A program made the translations under genes and the position numbers. A stretch of 64,000 bases of DNA, taken from the IMG/VR virus record IMGVR_UViG_3300017767_000005; one strand, 5' to 3'. This DNA is from a virus. Numbering within the stretch: the first letter of the stretch is position 1; the number at the start of each line of letters is the position of its first letter. The notes beneath the pieces were generated by a model. The model did no database searches and was not told the origin of the DNA. It worked only from the letters and a program-made list of their open reading frames with translations. This document shows, piece after piece, positions 1-9,242 of the stretch.

Positions 1-20
1 CTTGCGCCTCATTTTCACAA

Positions 21-56
21 CCCCATCGGCTCAATCGAGTCGGTGGGGTTTTTTTT
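21..56 (+). terminator. Intrinsic-type hairpin terminator
   Basis: CCCCATCGGCTC-AATC-GAGTCGGTGGGG stem (G-U pairs allowed) followed by T8. Confidence 0.7.
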
Positions 57-65
57 ATTTTGAAT

Positions 66-210
66 CCAGGAACCTTTTACCGGAAAAGTAAATCATAAAA
101 AGATATCCAGGAAATCTAAGACCAGGTTTTTTTTACCGAAAAAATAAGTCGTAAAAAATATCAGAAAGAAAAAGACCAGGATTTTGTTTTACCGAAAAAA
201 TAATTCCAGG
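66..210 (+). repeat. CCAGG-cored direct repeats in the left terminal non-coding region
   Basis: CCAGG at 66, 107, 122, 176, 206; AGACCAGG-T-rich-ACCGAAAAAATAA repeated at about 119-147 and 173-203. Confidence 0.8.
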
Positions 211-219
211 TCTAAATAA

Positions 220-262
220 AAAATAGTCGCGAAATGCCTAAACCGGAAGTATTATATACCCC
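220..262 (+). promoter_or_regulatory. Early promoter 1: upstream TAGTCGCG element plus TATA box
   Basis: AAAATAGTCGCGAAA (220-234) and ATTATATACCCC (251-262); same architecture at 1849 and 15436. Confidence 0.75.
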
Positions 263-320
263 CTAGACTATGGATATATATGGCGGGGTAAGAGCCGCCG
301 AAAATAGGAGGATAAAAACT

Positions 321-503
321 ATGACAGAAATAATAACTTGTGAGTGCTGTGGCACTTGGAATTGGCGGAAGATAGGCGAGGGTAATAATTACCTTCGTTC
401 TGAACAGGAAGCCGATAGATTGAATGCGAAACCAAAGGATGCGTTTTACTGCGCGTACTGTTGGATTAAAAACGACATATGGATTGAGGTTGTACCGGAG
501 TGA
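321..503 (+). CDS. Small zinc-finger protein
   Basis: AGGAGG SD before ATG 321; CECC...CAYC motifs. Confidence 0.7.
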   Translation: MTEIITCECCGTWNWRKIGEGNNYLRSEQEADRLNAKPKDAFYCAYCWIKNDIWIEVVPE

Positions 504-508
504 AAACT

Positions 509-727
509 ATGGCAAAGAAAATGAGCCTTGATGATTTCCTACTTACTGTTAAGAGAAAAGTAATGGATGGGGGCGTAATGTGTATCGCGGCAGTTGTCGA
601 AACTGAATGCGGCAGATATGTCAAACACCAAGTTACTTTTACCGACATTGTATTTAGGTTCACACATGACAACTCCGAAAATCCTGGTCTTGGAGATTTC
701 AGAAAAATACCTTTGGGGGAAATGTAA
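509..727 (+). CDS. Hypothetical early protein
   Basis: ORF coupled to neighbours. Confidence 0.55.
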   Translation: MAKKMSLDDFLLTVKRKVMDGGVMCIAAVVETECGRYVKHQVTFTDIVFRFTHDNSENPGLGDFRKIPLGEM

Positions 728-728
728 G

Positions 729-911
729 ATGGTAGGTTATTATGGAAACTTCAAATGTGGTCGATGCGGAAAAATTAGTTATCGGCATAATTCCGAAAAA
801 TGTAAATGCCACTATGAAAAGAAGGCTTCGGAGAGCAACAGAACCTATTCAAAAAGATTAACCCAATTATTAGATTCCCACAGAAAAAGGAGGGAAGAAA
901 ATGCTGAATGA
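729..911 (+). CDS. Small Cys-rich protein
   Basis: CGRCG and CKCH motifs; start inferred at ATG 729. Confidence 0.55.
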   Translation: MVGYYGNFKCGRCGKISYRHNSEKCKCHYEKKASESNRTYSKRLTQLLDSHRKRREENAE

Positions 912-1152
912 ACAAAAAATAGAATTAGCAAAAAAGTATGCAGAAAATGAAGAACGAAACGCGCACACGGAAAATGTGTTACTTTTAGCGGAAAACTTCG
1001 GGACTACGGTTCAGATAAAATCCGTTAAAAATATCTTGAAGTTAGTTAGATTGCGTGGATATTTGAATGGCGGTAGTGAACATAGTTACCTTACATTAAT
1101 CCACAATCAATACTTCGATAAAATCCGCGCTGAATACTTAGAGGTGCGCTGA
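901..1152 (+). CDS. Hypothetical early protein
   Basis: GAGGGA SD; 83-aa ORF in tightly packed operon. Confidence 0.65.
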   Translation: MLNEQKIELAKKYAENEERNAHTENVLLLAENFGTTVQIKSVKNILKLVRLRGYLNGGSEHSYLTLIHNQYFDKIRAEYLEVR

Positions 1153-1323
1153 ATGAGTTTAGAAAACGCTTTCGTAAAGTCTTTCTCATTCAGTATGATG
1201 CTAGACATGCAGGGATTCAAAACTTGGATTCACACAGACGACCATATTATCAACGACTTAGTTTCAACCGTAAAAGTAAATGGTGAAGGTATCTTGCCTT
1301 TGGTGGTGATTGGTGTTGAGTAA
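1153..1323 (+). CDS. Hypothetical early protein (56 aa; not in ORF track)
   Basis: GAGGTG SD; ATG directly after the previous stop. Confidence 0.55.
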   Translation: MSLENAFVKSFSFSMMLDMQGFKTWIHTDDHIINDLVSTVKVNGEGILPLVVIGVE

Positions 1324-1582
1324 AAAACTAAACAGGTTGGAAACAGGTTGGATAAAGATTATCCTTGAAAGTAACTTAGACCTATCTTCGTTCACGGCTA
1401 CCCAAGCCATGCACAAAATCAAAGAAACTCCTACGCGTGATGGGCCAAGAAAATCATATCCACAACATTCAATGAAAATGGATATTGTTTTGAAAAAGCA
1501 TTCGCGATTCACATATGTTAGATTAACCAATAAACTAGGTAACATTTGGACTTACATAGGAGATGAGAAAAATGCCGATTAG
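1310..1582 (+). CDS. Hypothetical protein, possible winged helix
   Basis: ORF track; start uncertain. Confidence 0.5.
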   Translation: MVLSKKLNRLETGWIKIILESNLDLSSFTATQAMHKIKETPTRDGPRKSYPQHSMKMDIVLKKHSRFTYVRLTNKLGNIWTYIGDEKNAD

Positions 1583-1745
1583 AGATAACAGAACATACAG
1601 AAGAAAATACGGCGACTTAATTATAACCGTAAAAGTAAATGGTAAATCCCAAAGATATTTGATTAGTCATTTAGGTTTCGGAAAACAATACACTACGGGG
1701 ATTTACGGAATGTCAAAAACTATTTCGGGGTTGAAAATACTATGA
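1572..1745 (+). CDS. Hypothetical early protein
   Basis: AGGAGA SD; basic 57-aa ORF. Confidence 0.5.
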   Translation: MPIRDNRTYRRKYGDLIITVKVNGKSQRYLISHLGFGKQYTTGIYGMSKTISGLKIL

Positions 1746-1848
1746 GAAAAATAATCGTAAAAATAAAACCCACAGATAGAAAGGGCAAGCCAGGAAACCA
1801 GGATAGTTTTCCGAGAGAAGTAAAGTTTGCAAGGAGGGGAGAAAACTG

Positions 1849-1891
1849 AAAATAGTCGCGAAACCCCAAAACCACAACATTTATATACCCC
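1849..1891 (+). promoter_or_regulatory. Early promoter 2: upstream TAGTCGCG element plus TATA box
   Basis: AAAATAGTCGCGAAA (1849-1863) and TTTATATACCCC (1880-1891); spacing identical to promoter 1. Confidence 0.75.
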
Positions 1892-2032
1892 TAATCATAT
1901 TTCATATTAGAGCCGGAGGGCGAAGCCAATGAGCAAGAAAAATACAACAGCAAAAAACAACACAGAAAACAAACCAAAGAAAAACTTCGGTAATTTCGTA
2001 TTTACGATTACCGACATCAAGGAGGACAGAAA

Positions 2033-2332
2033 ATGCAATTCGGAAAATTAGTTACTATTGACGGAAAACTATTTGTGGATTCTGATTTACCGACTCACGA
2101 TAAACCTATCGAGGTTTTGAATGGTTTTGAATCAATGAGAGGGGAGTATTGGTTTGTCACAGAAAAACCAAAGGTCGGCTCGCGTGACCCACGCTCTTTC
2201 GGATTCTTGCAACACACCTACGGTTGGGAGTGGGGCTACATAGATGAGGCTTGGCTAAAATTAGCAGGTAAGCATCATGTGTGGTCTATCAAAAAAATAG
2301 ATTTACCATATGCAGGTAAAAGAGGTGATTAA
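2033..2332 (+). CDS. Hypothetical protein, resembles DUF2958-like family
   Basis: AAGGAGG SD; YWFVTE...FG...WEWGYI pattern. Confidence 0.5.
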   Translation: MQFGKLVTIDGKLFVDSDLPTHDKPIEVLNGFESMRGEYWFVTEKPKVGSRDPRSFGFLQHTYGWEWGYIDEAWLKLAGKHHVWSIKKIDLPYAGKRGD

Positions 2333-2822
2333 AATTAGCAGAAAAGTAAACATAGATGATTTGCACATATTCAAAGTTAATTGGAGTGATGCAGAATTAG
2401 AGAGATTGATTGAAGATAAAATTGTGACAAAAGTAAAATGGGGTAATGGGTTCCGTTACTCAACTTTTGATTACGCGATTCATTGGCATGAATATGAAAT
2501 ACCCGATGAAGAGTTACGACCATTTTTCAAGAGAGAAGATGGTGGTTATGATAGCATGATTATCAGAATTAAAATGCAATGGGAAAAAGCAAATAGAGAA
2601 TCCCGTAACAAAAACTTGCTACGGTGGCGGTTCAAAAGATTGCAGAACCTTGCTTTTGAGAAAAAAATACTTGCTAGAAAAGGTCGGCCATGTCGTGAAT
2701 GTAAATCAACAAATACTATTTTAAGCGGAGATGTAAACTTTGCAGATGGTGGTTATCATTCTTCAACAACTCTTCAGTGTTTAGATTGTGAACACTTTGA
2801 TGTTACGGGGGCGAGATTTTGA
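2310..2822 (+). CDS. Hypothetical protein with C-terminal zinc ribbon
   Basis: CREC...CLDC; start may be GTG 2325. Confidence 0.6.
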   Translation: MQVKEVIKISRKVNIDDLHIFKVNWSDAELERLIEDKIVTKVKWGNGFRYSTFDYAIHWHEYEIPDEELRPFFKREDGGYDSMIIRIKMQWEKANRESRNKNLLRWRFKRLQNLAFEKKILARKGRPCRECKSTNTILSGDVNFADGGYHSSTTLQCLDCEHFDVTGARF

Positions 2823-2958
2823 GCAACGCATTCACGGCTGATAGAGAGAGAAACATTACTCCTAAAAGAAAGGTTATTCCGTATTTCAGATTTAGAGATG
2901 TTTGGAATACAAAAACTTCGCAAGAAAATATGGTGAAGAAAAAAGAGAAGGTGAAACA

Positions 2959-4452
2959 ATGAACAAACCAATAGTAACAATAACAATTAGTAATCTTAAA
3001 TTACCGGGAGATATAGAGTATATTCGCGATTTGATAAAAGAAGCCGGATTCACAATAGACACGCTTTCCGTGTGGGAAGGTGATGACTAAATGGCACGAT
3101 GCAAAGATGGATGCAAGCCGGAAAACCATTTTCCCGTTTACAAATCAGCAAGACAAAAATATCCTACTCTTACAGGATGCAGAAAGTGTTTTTACATTGT
3201 CCATAAAACAACGCAGGTGATTTCATGATGGAATGGGGAAACTATCAAGGGACGGGAAGATTCCTGGATATTGATGATAAAAATTGGAAGTGTGGAGATT
3301 GTGGAAACATTTGTCCAAAAACAACTGACTTAGGCATGAATCGCCATCGTTGTGAGAAATGTGGAAATAAGAGGGGCGACACGACAAGGGGTTGGATTGA
3401 GGAAAAAATAGTCACAAAAAATGACGATACCAACATTTATATACTACCGAGAAGAGGACATATTACTGAGAGGGAAAACAATGAGTGACGAAGCACAAGA
3501 CCAATATGACATAGCCAAAGGTGCATTAGAATTAGCATCAATGGCTTTGCTTAAACTAAAGAATAGATGCGGAGTAATACCGGATGATATTTACTATGTC
3601 GAGTTTGATACTCCAATAGTTTTAATGGAAAAGAAACTTGAAGAATTAATGGGTGAGAATGATGAGTGATAGAAATTATTATTGGCTAGTACCATGCAAA
3701 AAACCGGAATGGGGTTGGGCCAAGTGGTTTATTTTTAGCGAAGAACAAATGCGGGATATGGATATAGAAGATTTCCATGTCGTAGCAGACCCTACGGGTA
3801 TTTCAAAAGATTTGGTGGTGGTTTCTGATGGCAGTTGATTTAACACCAACCAAAGCAGGTTATACTTATATGCTAAAAGTAGTTTCTAAAAACTCGACAA
3901 ATGCCAAAGACCGAGCATGGGCTAAGGCTGAATTACAAAAAATACAAAATGGAAAAAATGTACCAAGGAGGACTGAATGATGGATAAAGAATTAATGGAT
4001 AGAATTATGCAAAAACTAAGTGAGAGAGATAAGGTAGTAGGTTGTGGTGGCGAAGCCGAAGTCAATTTCTTGACAGGTGCTATGACGATGTTTCAATTGC
4101 TAAATCCCGAATCAGTAAAAGATGGTTCTTGGTGTCCTCCGTCGTGGGTGATACCTATTCTAAGTGGCGATAGTCCTTTGAAGATATGGAGGGGTAAACA
4201 ATGAGTTACGATGATATTAAAAATAATCTATGGGATAGATGGGAAGGCATTCACAAAGATGTCGGTTATGAAATCGCGATAGATTCAAGCGTTGAAGGTG
4301 ACAATTGTTTGAAAGTTACTTTTTACGAAAAAGACATGGATGGAGAGTTTTATGTTTCAGTGGATATTACAGACGACGGTTTTGAATCGAGTCTGCATGA
4401 TGCACATAAAAAAGCCATAAAAGTAATTGATGAAATCATGGAGGGTTACTGA
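2959..4452 (+). CDS. Run of seven small coupled early ORFs (2959-3090, 3091-3228, 3225-3488, 3481-3669, 3662-3838, 3977-4204, 4201-4452)
   Basis: GGTGA/GGAGG SDs and ATGA-type overlaps; two are Cys-rich; functions unknown. Confidence 0.55.
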
Positions 4453-4453
4453 T

Positions 4454-5128
4454 ATGAAGAATTGGTTGTCAGAAGAGATATTTAACGAAGAGGCAGGGCA
4501 TTGTGATTATTGGGATTGGCAATTTGAGTCAATCAATTTCCAATGGCTACCGAAGCGTGGAGTTTGGCATATCAGATATTATGATTATGCGGGTATTTTT
4601 AACGGAAAAATAGAAGGTCGAGAAATGACCCGATGCGTATGTAATGACGGTCAATTTACACACTACATGGTCGAAGGCACTAAGGACAACTTGAAGAGAA
4701 TACCACTTCGATGTCCTACATGCGAGCCGGAACCTACACCCGTACCGGAACCTACAATGTGTTTTGTTGAAGATGATAGAAGTTATCGTAATTCTCATGC
4801 AGGTTCGGGTTTGATGATTCACGATTCAAATTGTAATCATATTCAATGGAAACATCACGGAATGTATTTTATGGAGAAAAGTATTCCTATCACAAAAGAA
4901 GGTATGGAAACTATCGCTTGGAATATGCTTGCAGACATAGCGCGTGAAATTGATTCAAACTACGATGTTCCCAAAGGCCATGTCCCTTGCACTGAAGATG
5001 AGTGGAGAGATTGCTTTAACCTTGAAAGAGCGAAGCGAAATGCAACCATTGATGTGATGCACTACGCTACTTGCGATTGCATGAAAGAGCATCGGGAAAG
5101 AATAGAAAAAGAATTGGGGGAAAACTAA
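4454..5128 (+). CDS. Hypothetical protein with Cys/His motifs
   Basis: 224-aa ORF; CPTC and PEPTPVPEPT linker. Confidence 0.65.
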   Translation: MKNWLSEEIFNEEAGHCDYWDWQFESINFQWLPKRGVWHIRYYDYAGIFNGKIEGREMTRCVCNDGQFTHYMVEGTKDNLKRIPLRCPTCEPEPTPVPEPTMCFVEDDRSYRNSHAGSGLMIHDSNCNHIQWKHHGMYFMEKSIPITKEGMETIAWNMLADIAREIDSNYDVPKGHVPCTEDEWRDCFNLERAKRNATIDVMHYATCDCMKEHRERIEKELGEN

Positions 5129-5255
5129 TGAAGAAAAAAGAAATGATAGAGATAGCAAGGAATTGTCTTGAGGCGATTGAGGCCGGAGGCGATAGAGAAA
5201 CCGGCACGATGATGTTAATAAAAGAAAATCTAAAGTTAATGTTGGGGGAAAACTA

Positions 5256-5672
5256 ATGTCAGAAGAAAATGTGGAAGATTTGGAAAAAACAAAAATGCAG
5301 TATTTAGGTCGCACTAGAGATAACAAAAAAGTAAGTGTAAAGATATTCGGCAATATGAATGCCACTTCAACCTTTGGAAATGTCAAGGCATTCAAACACT
5401 TGGTTATCGGACAGATATTCTTTGTCCCTAAAAGTAAAGATGATACAGGTTGGTACTTAGGCCACATCGAATACGGTGATGTCGAAGATTGCGACCCGAA
5501 GTATATTGTCGCTGATGAAATCGCTAAGAAACAACGGACACAGAAAACCGTAGCAAAGAAGTTTGACGGCATAGGTAGTTTAACCCTAAATGAAATCGTT
5601 GAAAAATCTTGGCAACTCAATCAATCACAGAAAGCACAACTTATAGGGCTAATTGTATCGAGGCTATCATAA
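5256..5672 (+). CDS. Hypothetical protein
   Basis: GGGGG SD and TAATG coupling; preceded by small ORF 5128-5256. Confidence 0.65.
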   Translation: MSEENVEDLEKTKMQYLGRTRDNKKVSVKIFGNMNATSTFGNVKAFKHLVIGQIFFVPKSKDDTGWYLGHIEYGDVEDCDPKYIVADEIAKKQRTQKTVAKKFDGIGSLTLNEIVEKSWQLNQSQKAQLIGLIVSRLS

Positions 5673-6568
5673 TGATAAATGTATTATCTTGTTTCGATGG
5701 TATTTCGTGCGGTCAAGTCGCATTGGAAAAATCCGGTATAGAATACGAAAACTACTATGCCTCCGAGATAGATAAATCAGCGATAGAAGTAACTCAACAT
5801 AATTATCCTAAAACTATTCAGTTAGGAGATGTTGAGGATTGGGAGTCTTGGAATCTTGAGAATGTCGATTTGGTTATGGGCGGTAGTCCATGCCAAGGTT
5901 TCAGTGTGGTTGGTAAACGATTAAACTTTGACGACCCAAGAAGTAAACTATTCTTTACTTTTGCAGATATTCTAAAACATTACAAACCTAAGTATTGGCT
6001 TTATGAAAATGTGATTATGGATGATGATATACGCGATGCGATTTCAGAAATCTTAGGAACGCAACCCGTTATGATTCAGTCGGCTGATGTATCAGCACAA
6101 TTACGGAAAAGGTATTATTGGTCTAACATTCCATTTTGTTCTCCGAGAAAACTAATAGTGAACATAGAGGATATTTTAGAAGATAAAGAATACAAATATC
6201 CAGCATCAATTATTGGTCGCAGGTTAGACGAAGATGGTTACAGAAAAGACCATGACGAATCAATACCACGCGTTCAGTATCTATCAGTTAGGAAAGGAAA
6301 GAAGGCAGGTTGCCTAACGACTGTAACCAAAGATTCAGTAGTCAGCAAATTACCACACGGTCAATACCATGACGCTTACAATACTCATAAAAATAGTTGG
6401 CGACATTGGACTCCGCTAGAAAGAGAAAGACTACAAACTCTCCCCGATGGTTATACAGAAATCATGGGTAAATACAATAGAGAGAAAGGTATTGGTAACG
6501 GATGGACTGTTGATGTTATCGTTCACATATTCAAGTCGATTGAAGGAGAAAACACGGTTTGGTTGTGA
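5672..6568 (+). CDS. C5-cytosine DNA methyltransferase
   Basis: Motif I CFDGIS, motif II EID, catalytic GSPCQGFS, ENV, QLRKRYYW, GNGW. Confidence 0.93.
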   Translation: MINVLSCFDGISCGQVALEKSGIEYENYYASEIDKSAIEVTQHNYPKTIQLGDVEDWESWNLENVDLVMGGSPCQGFSVVGKRLNFDDPRSKLFFTFADILKHYKPKYWLYENVIMDDDIRDAISEILGTQPVMIQSADVSAQLRKRYYWSNIPFCSPRKLIVNIEDILEDKEYKYPASIIGRRLDEDGYRKDHDESIPRVQYLSVRKGKKAGCLTTVTKDSVVSKLPHGQYHDAYNTHKNSWRHWTPLERERLQTLPDGYTEIMGKYNREKGIGNGWTVDVIVHIFKSIEGENTVWL

Positions 6569-6606
6569 TTACCAGCATTTATATACTATCGAAGGTAGGG
6601 TTAGAT

Positions 6607-7401
6607 ATGGCGGAGAGAGAGAAGTCAGATAAGATGAATTGCCCGAATGGTAGTTGTCGTGTCGTCACCTTTGAAAGAGGTGGATGGAAAGACGGTCTAT
6701 GGGAGTATGAAGATTCAAGCGCATGGTCGGCTATGCAGAATAACCGTTGTCCGGGATGCGGAGAAGTAGGTGAAGATTTATGAGCGAAGATTTACGGAAA
6801 AAGAAACCTACAAAGACTAATTTGTTGAGAGCATACCAATCACTTACTATGGAGATTGATGAACACTTTCGCCGCAACGATACCTTGACATCAGAAGAAT
6901 GGGATAGGTTAGGTAATGAAGCATTTGCACACATTCAATTTATGAAAAAGGGGGAAAACTAATGAGCGAAAGAGCAGAAGAAGCAAGAGAGGGTTTTAGA
7001 ACAATTTTGGAAAACATAAACGATGAGTTAGAGGGCGGAGATGTCGTATTAGACTTTGAAGCGTTTCCAGCATATCATATATTCTTAGATGTTCTAAACA
7101 CACTTGTAGGTCAAAAACTTAGAGATATGAAGGCTACCGATGAATTAATGGAAAAACTAAACAAGATTAACAGACTCAGTGAAGGTGACGGTTTAGTATT
7201 CAATATGGGGGATGAGAAATGACTAAGGAAATGACAAAAATACAAGTTTCAATAGGATGCCCAAGCGGTCAAACCGATTGGGGTAATGGTTATATTATCG
7301 TTAAAGTTTCAAAAGGATTTGAGAGTGAGTTTGTTGAGGCAATCAAAGACCATGCACGATTCTTTGCTAAGGAATATACTTTGGAGGATGATGCACAATG
7401 A
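6607..7401 (+). CDS. Four small coupled ORFs (6607-6783 Zn-finger, 6780-6962, 6962-7222, 7219-7401)
   Basis: ATGA/TAATG overlaps and SDs; CPNGSC...CPGC in the first. Confidence 0.55.
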
Positions 7402-8009
7402 ACATAGGTTCAGAAATTAGTTTTATGGGTCAAGTAATGAAGTGCTTTGACTTGGCGATTGATAACAAAGCGGCTGAGAGTAAAGTTAGCACACTATGGT
7501 ATCTTGGCGACCCATGTTATGTTGTCGCTGATGAAAAGTGGGATTTGTTTTGTCAGAAACTTTGGGCTGATGAAGCAAAAGCCAATGCGAAAAATAACGG
7601 TCACATGGATTCTATCATTGAATGGGAAGGCGAAAGACTTGAGGTTTGGTCTAACGGTGGTGACGGTTCGTGGCACTTTGACTTTAGAGGCAAGGATGCC
7701 GAAAAAACACCATTGAACGGAAACGATGCGGAGTTTTGTGTCGATGCGGGTATCTTCTGTATTATGCCCGTAAAAATATGTGATGTCAAAAACATTGACG
7801 GATTGAAAAGTCTTGGTATGGTTTTCAAACATGAACCGGAATTGTATGTCGAGGACAATGTTGTGTATATCAACGATGTTCACGATGAATCAGTGGGAGA
7901 ATGTTATAATTGCGACGAAATGATACAAAAAGATTCTGAAGAGTATTGTGAAAGAGGGGAATGTGTCGGTTGTTGGCACTGTTTTGATTGTGAGTGTGAA
8001 GAAGAATGA
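7398..8009 (+). CDS. Hypothetical viral protein with acidic Cys-rich tail
   Basis: YLGDPCY...GGDG...VDAG pattern that I recall from phage hypotheticals; C-terminal CxxC repeats. Confidence 0.65.
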   Translation: MNIGSEISFMGQVMKCFDLAIDNKAAESKVSTLWYLGDPCYVVADEKWDLFCQKLWADEAKANAKNNGHMDSIIEWEGERLEVWSNGGDGSWHFDFRGKDAEKTPLNGNDAEFCVDAGIFCIMPVKICDVKNIDGLKSLGMVFKHEPELYVEDNVVYINDVHDESVGECYNCDEMIQKDSEEYCERGECVGCWHCFDCECEEE

Positions 8010-8296
8010 CCTACTATTATTTCACATGCAAGTTTTGTAAATGCACTTTCAAAGGTCGCGGACATATGCTTAGTCAAGGCGGTTACTGTTGTGATGGTTG
8101 TAATAAGGAAAAAGTATTACCGGCACGAATGAAAGGTGAACACCTATGAATCATAAATTACCCAAAAAAGAAAGTTTGGATGGGGTGCTTTCACGCAATC
8201 CCGACCCACTACCACACAATGCAGGTATGCCAAGAGGCGCGCCTCTTGGTTACAGTAGCATGGAAGAATACTACGAAGCACAAAGGAGATGTAGGG

Positions 8297-8782
8297 ATGA
8301 GGCCAGCCGATAGAACATACTTGTATAACATAGACTACATAACAGGTAATGTGTTGTGGTATGCAGGTCTAGGGACTCCGTTCAAATTGTCCTATGATAG
8401 TCGAGAGGCAGTTAGTATTCCTAACTCACAGATAGATAACATACGCAAAGGTTTGATTAAGTTTACCGATAATAGTAATTGGTATAGAATCACAGGAGAT
8501 AGCAAAGTAGTAACAAGACCGTTTGCATGTCAACAGTGTGGTACATCTTGGACTCATGCTTGTGAAGCATACGCTAAAGGACATACAACTGATATGGGAG
8601 TGTTGTCTGTTACAAGCGATTTTAGAAATCCCGAAAAAACAATTCTGTTTGGTCAATCAATCAGACATGCAAAAACTTGCAAAGTGTGTGGGGATTTGAT
8701 TTGTGGCGATTGTGGAATGCCCGAAAGAGGAAAGAATGCAGGGCGTTGTCGCGCTTGTAAGAAAAAATCGTGGGAACGATAA
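8297..8782 (+). CDS. Zinc-finger protein
   Basis: CQQC, CKVCG..CGDC, CRAC; start inferred at ATG 8297. Confidence 0.65.
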   Translation: MRPADRTYLYNIDYITGNVLWYAGLGTPFKLSYDSREAVSIPNSQIDNIRKGLIKFTDNSNWYRITGDSKVVTRPFACQQCGTSWTHACEAYAKGHTTDMGVLSVTSDFRNPEKTILFGQSIRHAKTCKVCGDLICGDCGMPERGKNAGRCRACKKKSWER

Positions 8783-8808
8783 TACAACACCGACAGGGTG
8801 ATAAAGGT

Positions 8809-8958
8809 ATGAGAATAGATATTGTATGTCCGAAGTGTGATGCTAGTCGCTTTGCCGTAAGGCATGAAGGAGGCCACTTGAAACTCATGTGTTGTCATTG
8901 TAATTATCATCTTAGGTTTATAGTTGGGGGAAAAGAAAATGGGAAGAGCAAAAATTAG
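8809..8958 (+). CDS. Zinc-ribbon microprotein
   Basis: CPKC...CCHC. Confidence 0.55.
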   Translation: MRIDIVCPKCDASRFAVRHEGGHLKLMCCHCNYHLRFIVGGKENGKSKN

Positions 8959-9238
8959 TCACATCAGATTGAGAAAGAGATTAGTGCAGATTCTAAAGTC
9001 GCACGACGGAGAGTTACCATCAGCGCAAGCATTGTATCGAATGGTAGTCGAATCCGGTATGTCACCGAATCTTGCAGGTTCGCACAATAGAATCGCGCAG
9101 ATATGTAGCATTACCAAAGGTATCGGTTCTTTAACCACTAAAATAAGAAGTGTTAGTGGTGATAGTTATACGGCAGATGTATATTACCTTGAAAGTGAAG
9201 ATGACTTCAAAGATTGGGTCGCTTCCAAAATGGGGTAA
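8939..9238 (+). CDS. Probable winged-helix DNA-binding protein
   Basis: Helix-helix-helix followed by beta wing pattern. Confidence 0.5.
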   Translation: MGRAKISHIRLRKRLVQILKSHDGELPSAQALYRMVVESGMSPNLAGSHNRIAQICSITKGIGSLTTKIRSVSGDSYTADVYYLESEDDFKDWVASKMG

Positions 9239-9242
9239 ATGA

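Noticed and set aside
66-210. Terminal repeats as a mini-CRISPR array
   Set aside because: Repeat units are short and irregular, without uniform unique spacers.
1330-1351. Tandem 11-mer AAACAGGTTGG
   Set aside because: Single local duplication with no other copies or context.
1988-2013. Inverted repeat CGGTAAT...ATTACCG upstream of the SD at about 2019
   Set aside because: It does not cover the SD and lies within a small ORF; too little evidence for regulation.
4727-4756. 12-nt direct repeat CCGGAACCTACA
   Set aside because: Explained by the PEPTPVPEPT protein linker.
4955-5620. 221-aa minus-strand ORF
   Set aside because: Antisense shadow of coupled plus-strand genes; no SD or motif.
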